Part shown: piece after piece, positions 41,401 through 53,400 of the stretch
Position numbering within the stretch: position 1 is the first letter of the stretch
Layout of the letters: each line of letters begins with the position of its first letter
Assembly: GCA_050575255.1 (NCBI GenBank)
Contig: JBNZDD010013707.1
Span: 2,660,729-2,724,728, forward strand
DNA length: 64,000 nt
Reading direction: 5' to 3'
DNA from: Harriotta raleighana
Lineage: Eukaryota
Notes under the pieces: model-generated
Seen by the model: only the letters and a program-made list of their open reading frames with translations
What the model was told of the DNA's origin: nothing
The model's database searches: none
Made by a program: the position numbers and the translations under genes

Positions 41401-44400
41401 GCATTCCTTCGTTCTAGGGGAACATGAAGATTAGTGGAAGCTCAGCTGGAAATCCTGACCAAGGTTAGCTATAGCATTCACAAATATTGGGGTCAAAATT
41501 GTGGTATTCCTAAACTCATTTGATTCCTTTATTAGGATCAGAAAGAGTTAAAGAATGCTTTATAGATGGAAAATTGTGCTTAATGACAGGTTTGGGACTG
41601 AACACCTGAAGAAGGGACTCAGGAAGAAGAGATTCTTCCTCAGATTTTTCACTGATCTTTCAGTTGCTTTTACAGCTAGGCCAAGAACATAGCCATTCAA
41701 ACCTGCTTCACCCATGCGCTGTCTCCAAAAGAATTTTAACAAATTCATTTTAAAAGGCAAATGTTGCACTGGGCCAGGAAAGATGGTTTTAGACAAAAAA
41801 GAATGCATTCAGAATTCTGAAAGCGTGGGAATGTGAAACCATTCTACAAATGTTGTGGAAAACAAAGTGCTTAGTCCAAAAGCTGTTATTAACAACAGAT
41901 TTGGAAGAACAAGAACAATAAATGTACATTCATATCACTCTGTCACATTGGGAGAGTACATCAAAGGGTTTGCCACAGCTAATGGAGAGCCTGAGCTGGG
42001 GTGGAGAAAGTTGACTGAAGGGGTGGTTTGGGTGGGGATGAGGGGTAAATTGGAGGGATTATGGGATGAAGTGCTAAAGTCCAGGGGAAAATGACTGCAT
42101 TTCTGTATCCTTGGGACAATTATTGCCTATTAGCATTCATGATTTGATCATAATTATCATAACTTGCATTTTTAATTTGATGTATATTTCATGTTTAATT
42201 TTAGGCTTGGGCCCCAACGATCTGGGCTCTATTTCCAGTGGAAGGGAAACAATTATGGATTCCGGTCCATCGTTAATCTACAAGTCATGTGTGGCCAATG
42301 CTGACTATCACCCTTCTGCTAATATGCCCCATACAGTGCTGCCTGTTGTGAGTGATCTTTTGAAGTTGAAATGGAATCCTATCATGTTGTGATTATCACA
42401 CTCGCCTCGCAAGCGAGAGGACCTGGGTTCAGGGAAAAACGTTGGGCATATTGTCTTACTCACACCACCTCAATTTACCTAGCAGTAGGTAGGAAACCAG
42501 TCATTAGTTGATTGGCAGATCGCTTTTCTGTGGATACAACAACAATAACTTGCACTTATATAGTGCACGTCATACATGGTAGTTTCTTAAAGTACTTAAA
42601 TTTAAAAAATAAATTAAAATAATTTTAAAAAATAATTTGGTCACTCAATCTGATTGTTTGTGGGACGCTGCTGTGCGCAATTGGCTGCTGTGTTTTGCTC
42701 ACAAAATAGTCAATTAACTTTACAGTATATTCTGTGATGCACTTTGAGACATCTCGAAGACATGATAAGGCGGTATATCAAATGCAAGGATTAATAATGT
42801 TAGTCATGTACTTCATGGAATAGGGATTAAATCTGGGATGCTCAACAACAACAATAGCTTTCTTTTATATACTGTAGCACTATCCATACAGGCTAGCATC
42901 TCAGAGTAGTGCTCAGGGTCTGTTGGCTTAATTTCACATTAATAATGCCTTTATCAACTGAGCTAACCAATGATACTACTAGTTATTGTTGACACCAATG
43001 TTTGGGAAAGCATGTTATTGTGTGACACATTCGATCTAGGGAGCAGAGTTTGTCAGTATGCAAACAACCAGGGATTTAAATGAAAGACATTGTCTTAAAC
43101 CTTAAGATCGTGCAATATTTTGGACCATTCTGAAATGCACTCTTAATTTGCAATAATAATCCTTGCATTTGATGCAGCACCTTTTCCTTGGGGAAGGGAA
43201 AGTATATAAAATTGCTTCAAATAATTTACCATGAACTGCAGTGACTGGGTTTCGCACAAAACCACATTTTCACAGTTCCATCTGTAGAAAAACAGCTTCC
43301 AAGTTGTGTCTTAAATGTATGAAATTTCCAAAATTCTGCACATCTTAAATCTGGATTGCTAACCTTTCAAACCATGAGTGAATTCAGCCCTCTGACCTTT
43401 ATTCTTTATCATTGTCATTCTCAGCAACACTTGTGAAGCACAGGTGACTGACCTATTACAGGTTTATCTTGTAATACTTTGAAAATGTTTCTATACTCAG
43501 AGGACTGAGAGATACAATCGGTAAGTGGCTCGTTTTACCTTTCTGAGATTTGGATTTAAATCCAGCCCAGATACTGATTGTGTCCTCTCAGACAATTAAA
43601 TGAAATTAAATCAGGTTGACGAGTTGTCAGTGAATCCCTTTAGACTTGACCCAGGCACATTATTAAACCGAAAGCATGCAATTCCACCCAGTCCCTTTAG
43701 AACCATTTTGTCTTAAAATTGAAGAAAAAATTGCAACAGAATTATAGAAAATTGATCAATTCAGTTGGATGACCTCCCAGGATGAAAGGTGCTATACAAG
43801 TGTAATTTTGCTGATGTTGTTGTAAATGTAGAAGCTTTTTTTTAAAAGAACTGGTGGAAAACTTGGCCTCAAGTGCTACTGATTCAGATTGAACTGAATA
43901 ATGGGAGGGGAATAGCATGGGCTCCTATACTAACATGAAAGGTCATCAAAGAGGATTAGCAAAGAATTGTCCAGATTTCACATTTTCTACTGTCACACCA
44001 TGTAATACACTTGCCTATGAATAGTTTGAGATGAGTTAATTCAGTCACTATAACAACAACAACTCAGATTTAGATAGCACCCTCCATGCCAGATGGTGTC
44101 TCAGATCGCTTCAAATATTAGAGGACTTGTTGTTCTATCTGTTTCCATTTTTCAATACTGTTCATCACTCCAAGCCTTCTGTTCTATGCAAACTACAGGA
44201 GAATTGCCTGGGGTGAATCTATTTATTGTGTTACTAAACCTGGACCATTTGTTCACTATATTGGGAACCTTCATCCTATATCTCAATGGCATAATAATAA
44301 TAATCATTATCTTGCATTTGATGTAGAGTCTCAAAGTGCTTCACAGAATATAGTATAAAGTGAATTGACTCTCTTCGAACGCGACTTTATCGATTGTGAA

Positions 44401-47400
44401 TTCAAATACGCGACAAAACAAAAGCATCACTTTTTTGTGCAACACGGGTAACACTTGTGTAGACATGCTGGCTGGCCCCCACATGCATGTGCACGTGTAA
44501 GGACGCCAACCGCTCCCGACTAAATCTGATGACTCGGCTGGTTGGTCCCGCGCGCATGTGCACTTTTGATGAGGCCGGCAGATCCCAACTAAAGCCCACG
44601 ATTCCTCGGCTGGCTGGCCCAACATGCAATGCATCCTTCGGTAAGTTTTCAATAACAGAAGAGACAGAGAGAGAACAGTAATGTCGCCTAGCTGTGTTTT
44701 TTTTGCTTTTTTGCTTTTTATTGCTTTACTGCTTCGTTATCTTTTTATTTCTGTCAAGCGATAACAAAGCAGTAAAGCAATAAAAAGCTTGACTTTTTAA
44801 GTAAACCTGTGGCTCTCTGCTCACCCCACCGGCCCCGAGCAGCTCTCTGCTCCCCCCCACCAAGCGCTCTCTGCTCCCACATCCATTCCCTCCCCCCCCA
44901 TCTCGAGTGCTCCTCTGCTTCCACACTCCTTCCCTCCCACCCCCAAGCGGCTCTCTGCTCCCACCCNNNNNNNNNNNNNNNNNNNNNNNNNNNNNNNNNN
45001 NNNNNNNNNNNNNNNNNNNNNNCCCCACACCCTCGAGCGGCTCTCTGCTCCCACACCCCCCCCACACCCTCGAGTGGCTCTCTGCTCCCACATCCCGCCC
45101 CACACCCTCGAGCGGCTCTCTGCTCCCACACCCCCTCCACCCTAGAACTGTTCTCTGTGGCTTGAGGTAGGTAGCCTGTGAGTGGATTCCCTTAAGCCCC
45201 CCTTTTCCCAATACTTCTTAAACTTCTCCAACGCGATTTTGTTGAGTGCGCAGTTTTCCAGNCCCCACACCCTCGAGCGGCACTCTGCTCCCACACCCCC
45301 TCCACCCTAGAACTGTTCTCTGTGGCTTGAGGTAGGTAGCCTGTGAGTGGATTCCCTTAAGCCCCCCTTTTCCCAATACTTCTTAAACTTCTCCAACGCG
45401 ATTTTGTTGAGTGCGCAGTTTTCCAGGAACGTAACCACCGAGACAACGAGGGTTAACTGTATATGTGGGTGAAACGCGGCAGCTAATTGCGCAAACAGTA
45501 GTTGATGTTTATCATTTTTTTTTGAGGGATTATTATCAGACTTGTGGAGTAAGGAAACTTGTCCAAGGTTTCACCCTGCCTGGACTGAGCTACAGTAACT
45601 TTGCCCGCACACACGCGTGCATGCTCACACACGCTCACACTCACACACATACACACACAGCGAGTTTGATCATGGAGGCACTGAGCAGTAAAAGCAGACA
45701 GTGTGTGAGAGAGAGAATTCTTAATAATGCATAATAATATATAATACATGATGATAATAATAAAAATAATGCATAATAGTAATAACACTAATGCACTAGA
45801 TCCACAGGATCTTCATCAATATTCAATGAAGAAAACCCTTCAGTCACCTTACAGAATAATAAGGTGAACCGACATATGGTTTCCTTTGATGAAATTTGAT
45901 TCTAACTGAATATGCTTTAACATTACAGTTTTCCTCCTTGTCGTATTGTCTTATCAGTTGCCTCTCTCTGTTGGAGATACGATCCGGGTCACTGGGTTCC
46001 CTGATAGCCATGGATTGTACCACACTGAGGTGAATGGAATATTGGGGCTGGTTCCAGCCAGCTTTCTGGAAGAGTCAGATGATGTCTATCATGCACACAC
46101 ACCTCAGAGCAAGTCCACTCTGAATCCACAGCTGAGTAGCCCAGAAAGGATCCTAAAGTTCTACCAACAACTTCAGCAGGGACATAGCAGTAACTTCCAG
46201 GTAAACTTCACCACAAATAAAATCTACTCCAATGATTGCATGTGAAGTAGTCTTACTTTGATTTAAAAAAAAAATATTTTGAAAAGTTGAGGAATTGAAT
46301 GTTTCATAACAGATTCCAAGTGGTAGTTATATATTGAACAATCCCTTTCTTCCACCTGTCTAAGGACTGTCTGCAAAGTAACTCTCCCCCACCCCTTAAT
46401 GAACAATGGAGGTGCGGAGAGCTGGGTTTAGAGTCACACTTGCAGCCCTTCTGAAATATATAGAATCATACTTCAAAGAAACAGGCTATTCTACCCAAAT
46501 AGTCAGTGCCTGCATTCTTCTCCCCATCTCCCTCAACCACTCCTATTTCCCAAACCTGTTCTCTTCTCACTCATGTATGCATCAAAGTTTCTCTTAAATA
46601 CATTGAAGTGCTTAAATTCTATGAAATGCTTTGAGATGTCCTCCCAACGTGAAAGGTTGATAACAAATGCTACAATTATTTACTCCTTGCTTATAATGCT
46701 TATTTATTATTACTATCCAACACCTTGGTTTAAAAAAAGCTTTTGGAAGTTTTCTATACAGTTAACTTAAGAAAAATGGGGAAATACTTGTGACCTTTTC
46801 ACCGCTTGTTAGTGCTAATTAACAAAATTGGTGGAGTCCTGTAGCTCAGTGGTTAGAGCACTCGCTTTGGAAGTGAGACACCTGGGTCTGATTCCTGCTA
46901 AGGCGAAAAGTTTCCTTACTCCTCACACTACTGTGTACCTAGCAGTAAGAAGGAACCCAGTTGTTAATCAGCGTTTCGGGTGGTAATCATTCCTCAAAAA
47001 AAAAAAATTGTCACTCAAACTACAACTATTTGTGAGACACCGCCGTCCGCAATTTGCTGCCGATTTAACCAAAAAATGTACAATCAATTCACTTTACAAT
47101 AGATTCTATGAAGCGCTTTGGGATGTCTCAAACACATGATAAGACACTATATCAAATGCAAGAACGATTAAAATATATGCTTTAAAATGTCGCAAACTTC
47201 TCTCTACAGGTAACCCCTTCTGTGATCATTTCCTCACCAAATCAAGAATCGGTGGAGCGTCCTTTGGTATCAAGGCTACACAATGAACTGGAATGTCCAA
47301 TTAGTGAGACTCGCCGTCAAACTACAGGAGAAAAGCACGAGCAGCACCACTTACTTCCGTCTGCTGACCCCGCTCAGTGTTGCTCAGGAGACTGCAGTGC

Positions 47401-50400
47401 AGATGACCTAAAAAGCAGACAGGTTTGCAGGGAAAATACTAATGAGACATGCCAGCTAATAGCAGCAGGATGCAATCTAACAGATGTGTTGACACTAAAT
47501 TTTAGAGAAGACCATGAACGGTGTACAACAGCTACTGCTATGCACGGAGTAGGAGGACCAACAATGGCACAAGGTAAATTAACAATTATAATGACTTATG
47601 CAAACAGACATAGTTGCAAACAAAAATTATGATTTCTTTTTACTAAATTCAAGTTTTCTTTTGTTCTAAATGCAGAAGCTTGATAGTCGCAATCACAAAC
47701 TTTAAAAACAACATTTTTTTTGTCTGTGCTCTCTTTAGCTGAATATTGTTCCACACTATGTGGCACAATGTACATCTCTTAAAGCTTTAGTCAGTTGGTC
47801 CTCAGTCAGTTAGATAAAATAATGAAAAATTTTGATAGCAATGTATCCACATTGTCAAAACATATCACGATTCAATATTCCACAATTGGACTCCTGAGGC
47901 AAAGTCTGACACTGCTCCCACTGCTGTGGGCAAATTAGCTGCTGCGTTCACCTACAAAAATATATTCACTGCATTTTACGGTAAATCCTGTGAAGTGCTT
48001 TAAACTTCCAATGTGAAAGGCGCTACATCAAATGTAAGAATCATTGTTATATTATTGCTTTAACGGTATCTTAATGCAGGCACTAAGGCTGAAATACCTT
48101 GGTTGTCAGTAAGATCATTTGAGAGAACTCTCGCATGAGATACTAGGAAAGGAGATGATCAGATTCAGGAGGTTGCCCTGCAGCACTCTCAGTAGAGAAT
48201 ACTCAGTGCATCACAAAGATGTCAGAGAGGAAGTGCAGAAAGCAGCCACAATTCCTTCTATGATGGTCCTTTAATACATACCTGTTGAAGCCAATCTCCG
48301 CAGTCAAAGAGTAAAACTTCTTCAAAGTTCAGAATTTTTTTTGACGAGTGCTATATTATAGGTGAATAATAGTGATTCTAAACACAATTTGAAAGTAAAT
48401 TTCTTGAGGGGATTGTTTTGTGCCCGAGGCCATTACAAAAGAAAAAGCAGTCTGTCACTCCAGATATCATCACCATTTTAGTGCAGTTTGTACAGTTGGT
48501 ATGTCAGAAAATTTATCCTGAGGTTGAATTGATTCAAATGTAGTGGTCTATCCAATAGTGGCCAACCTTTTTGATCAAATCATTTTCTTCTTCATTGCAT
48601 TGTTATTTATTTATGGTTGATTTGGGTTACTTTCTGTGTTGCCTCTCTGTTAGTTCTAACTATTATTTCTAACCTTGGTGAAGTCCTGTGTTATGCGCCT
48701 TGACTCTTCACCTAGGTTCTCTCTGTCTATATTTTGTAAAAAGTCTCTAATTGCCATAAGTAACATTTGGTCAGTAACATGGCAGCATAATCATCCCCAT
48801 CCCAGAAAGTAAATGCTTTCAAATCAATGTTGAGTGAAAACTAATTTTCAGGGAGATGGAGCGTTGGGATTATCTGATAGAACAGATGCTCCAGGATAAG
48901 CACAGTTAAGAGCAAAACAGTTTTGATATTTAACAGCGCTTATCAAATCCAGTAGAACTTTCATCAATGTGTTGGCATGTTGATATATATGAACAAATGT
49001 GAAGAACATGCGCACAAGAGCTGCTTGCTATTAAAGAGTACTTTTTAATTGAGCTCTAATTTATATTTATAAGTAAATTGGGGAAAATACTCAGAATACT
49101 TCAAATAAAGGACAGCATTTAATCTCTTTTTCTCAAGATCTTGGTGTGTATGTGTCTAAAGGGATACAGCATAAATCTATGGGACTTTACGCTATATGTC
49201 TTTTCTGGACCCTTGTAATCCGTTCTATGCCATTTTAATCTTTTCAGTTTGGGGTTAACTTCTATTTAGGTCACAAAAATGTTAGAGCATCATAATGATT
49301 GTCAAATACTTTTCAACATTGATTATATTACATAGAACGCATTGATTTCTCAAGCAATTGTCCTCTTTCTTTCTGTTACTACCCTGACAATTTTATCTGC
49401 ATATCAATTAATCTTTTAGTTCAGACACTGACTAACACCAACAAAATTACACTTGTATAGCGCCTTTCACGTCGGAAGGATGTCCCAAAGCACTGAACAG
49501 TCAGGTCGGGACCCGAGCATAGGGGGGATTAGGGGGAGGGGGAAGGAGAGTGGGAAGAGTTAGGGTGGGGGGGGATCCGAAGTCGCGGTCGAAGAGGAAG
49601 GTCTTGAGACCGGCCTTGAAGGAGGAAAGAGAGGAAACAAGGTTGGACGGACTGCGGGATGGAGTTCCAAAGTGTGGGGGCAGAGAAGCTGAAAGCCCGG
49701 CCACCGATGGTTGGGTGGTTAGGGCGGTGGAATGCGGAGCAGGCCTGAGTCTGCTGAACGAAGGGTGCAGGCAGGCTGATAGAGAGACAGCAAGTCAGAG
49801 AGATTGGCGGGGTCAAGGCCGTGAATGGCCTTGAAGGTGAGGACGAGGATCTTGAAGTCGATCCTCTGGGGGATGGGGAGCCAGTGGAGGAGGGCAAGGG
49901 TGGGAGTGATGTGGTCGCAGACCCTAGTGCAGGAGAGTACATGGGCTGCAGAATTCTGAATGATCTGCAGCCTGTGGAGGAGTTGGGATGGCTGACGAGG
50001 AGAGAGTTCCCATAGTCAAGCCTGGAAGTGATGAAGGCGTGAATTAGAGTTTTGGCGGTATTGGGGGTGAAGTAGTGGCGGAGTCTGGTGATGTTGTGGA
50101 GGTGATGGAAGGCTGTGCTCGTCATGGAGCGGATGTGGGACAGGCAGGATAGTTCGGGGTCGAACAAGATGCCCAAATTCCTGATTGGCTTTGAGAGGTA
50201 GAGAGCAGCTTTGGATGCTGATGTTGTCAGCGCCTGAGGTGCGGAGGCGCTGGCGTGAGCCAATCAGGAGGGCTTCTGTCTTGATGACGTTGAGCTGTAG
50301 GAAGTTTGCCCTTGTCCAGGATTCGATGTCGGTCAGACACGCAGTCAGGACGCCAGTAGTCCTGGAGTCGAGAGTGGACACAGAGGTAGAGTTGGGTGTC

Positions 50401-53400
50401 ATCCGCATCCATGTGGAAATTGACCCATGTCTGCGGATGATGTTGCCCAGGGGGAGAGTGTATAGGGTGAAGAGCAGGGGGCCGAGGACAGAGCCCTGGG
50501 GAACGCCGCATGTGACTGTGCGGAGGCTGGAGGAAAAACCATTAGCAGAGACAAAGTGAAGGCGGTTGGAGAGGTACGACCGGAACCAATCGAGGACAGA
50601 GGCTTGGAGGTTGAGGAGGGAGGGGAGGCGGTGAAGGAGGATTGTGTGGTCCACTGTATCGAAGGCGGCAGATAGGTCAAGGAGGACGAGGAGGCAGAGG
50701 GAGCCCTGGTCACAGATGGTCAGAATGTCATTTGTGACCTTGACCAGGGCAGATTTCGTGCTGTGGGAGGCGCGGAAGCCAGAATGGAGGGGCTCGAGGA
50801 GTGAGTTTTTGGTGAGAAAAGAGCGGAGCTGGGAGGCAAACACTCTTTCGAGTACCTTGGAAAGGAAGGGGAGGTTGGAGATGGGCCGGTAGCTTGATAG
50901 CTGCGACACATGGAGGGAAGGCTTTTTTAGGATGGGGGTGATGGTGGCAGTTTTAAGGGGAGTGGGAACAGTGCCGGATGAGAGGGAAAGGTTGATGGTG
51001 TCACTGATTAGAGGGGCTAGAAGGTGGAGCTGGGTGGTGAGGAGAGGGGTGGGAATGGAATCAAGAGAGCAGGTAGTGAGTTTTATAGTGGAGATGGTCT
51101 TAAGGATGGAGGATGGGGAGATAGGGTCGAAGGTGTGGAAGGGGGGATGGGTGGGAGGCGGGGTGTGGGGGGGAGATAGGGAGGGGGTGAAAGTTGGAGG
51201 GACATTGACCATAGAGCGGATTCCCTCGATCTTGGACTCGAGGAAATCCAGCATCTCCTCACAGCAAGAGTTTGAGGAGAGGATCTGCGAGGCGAGGCGG
51301 GGTGGACGGCGGAGCTGGTTGATGGTGGAGAAGAGAAGCCGGGGGTTGTCCTGCACCTCCAGGATTATCTTGGAGTAGAAGGACGATTTGGCAGAGGATA
51401 GGGCGGAGTGGTAAGCTGATGTGAGGTCCAGCCAGATATGCCGGTGGACCGTTAGGCCGGATTTGAGCCATGTACGTTCAGCAGCCCATACCTGGCCCTT
51501 AAGTGAACGGAGGTGGGTGGTGAACCAGGGTGAGGTTCGGGAATAGAAGGCAGTTTGGGAAATGAGGGGGGCAAGAGTGTCAAGTGTGGTGGAAAGGGTG
51601 TTGTGGAGTAGAGTGAGTGCGACGGATGGGTCAGTGCAGGAGGTGGGCCAGAGGGAGAGGAGTTCAGAGGACTCCAAGGCAGCGGAGAGAGTTTGTGGGG
51701 GCATCTTCTTCCATGAGCGGTAGAAGATAGTAGTGGGTTTGGGGGCGGAGGGGAGAGGATTGGGGGAGTTGAAAGAAATGAAGTGGTGGTCGGAGATGGC
51801 CTTGTCAGAGATGGTGACATCCGAGACACTGAGGCCTCGGGTGATCACCAGGTCGAGTGGATGGCCGTGAATGTGAGTGGCGATGTGGAGGGAGAGGTTG
51901 AGAGACGAGAGGAGGGAGGAGAATTCTGAAGAGGTGGAGCATGAGGGGGTGAAGTGGAGGTTGAAGTGGAGGCCCAGGATGATGAGGCGATCAGAGGAGG
52001 CATAGAGGGAGGCAAGGAAAGTGGAGAAGTCAGGGATGAAGATTGGGGAGGGTTTTGGGGATGGTACACCAGAAGGATTTTGAGGGAGAGATGGAAGGAG
52101 TGGGAGAGGGTGAGGTGTTCGAAGGAGGGGAAGGAACCAGAGGAGTAGGGGGATAGGGCAAGTGGTGCCCTAGAGATGAGGGCCACGCCACCGCCACGGC
52201 GGTTGGGGCGAGGGACGTGGTGGGAGGTGTAGCCAGGTGATGTGGATTCTGTGAGGGAGAAGGTGTCCTCTGGGGTGATCCAGGTTTCAGTGAGGGCCAT
52301 GATGTCAATGTTCTCATCGAGGATGAGATCATTGATGGCCAGGATCTTATTACAGAGGGAGCGGACATTTTGGAGTCCAACATGGAGGGAGCAGTTGGCA
52401 GAGAGATGTGAGGGGAGAGAGGAAGGACCAATTGGTCAGCAGCGGTGATGGGGATGGGGATGAGAGAGGAGAGGTTAGCACCCTAGATCTGTGTCCGGCG
52501 TGGCTTGCGGCAGTGGTGTGGAATGGGGCAGTCGGTGTGGCTGCTGCTGGACAGTCAAAGCCGAGTGCCACAATGAACCCGGCGGAGGATTCCCAGGCTG
52601 GAGCAGAGGGGGACTGTGGGAGGGTCGAGTGGGGATAGGAGGTGGGAAGGGCAGAGAGAGAGCAGGGCAGAGCGGGAGAGTTGCAGAGGGGGGCAGGGGA
52701 GGGGTAGTGGGAGAGGAGGACAGGGTGGGAGTAGTGGATAGAGGGGGCTGGGTGGACAGACATTTAGTGGGATGGGGGAGGCTCGGGTCGGGGCGGCAGC
52801 CAAAGAGCGCATGTAGGGAGCCGAGAGCGAGGGATCAGTGGGGCGGCATCATCCCAGAGGTTGTGTGGCCATGGCTAGGGGGTGACTAGCCAAGTCAGTC
52901 CTGCCATTGTCACCTATCGTGAGGGAGGGTGGGGGGTAATGATCTGAATGTTAGAGGTGCTAATGATCTAGTTGTTAATGCGCTGTTCGTGGTGACGGGG
53001 TGTTAATGCTGTTGTACTGCTATTGTTTGGAGGTGATGCGCTGTTAATGTGGGGGGTGGTGGGGGGGTGTGTGGGTTAGTTTTTTTTGGTTGTGACGCCG
53101 AGCCGACGTCACTTTTTTAGTTTTAGCTGGTGGCGTTTCCCTTCCTGTTTTACTAACCCAAAATGGTGTTTCTTAAACTGAAGGACTTTTGGTTAAAAAT
53201 AGATGCTCTAGCCAAAAGCAAGTATTCAATTCCAGTCTGTGAAAAAAAAATACATTAGACTAATTAATACTTAAGGATGGCCAATAAAATATAGTGGCAG
53301 AAGAAATAAGATGAACTGGTAATGCATTGTAGAGTCCTGTAGCTCAGTGGTTAGAACACTTGCCTTACAAGCGAGAAACCTGGGTTCAATTCCAGGCAGG

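Noticed and set aside
45100-45425. Duplication of about 160 bp
   Set aside because: Single n at 45262; assembly artefact.
50016-51848. 610-aa reverse transcriptase ORF as an active or domesticated gene
   Set aside because: Ordinary L2 copy; frameshifted near the catalytic motif, and YADD is mutated.
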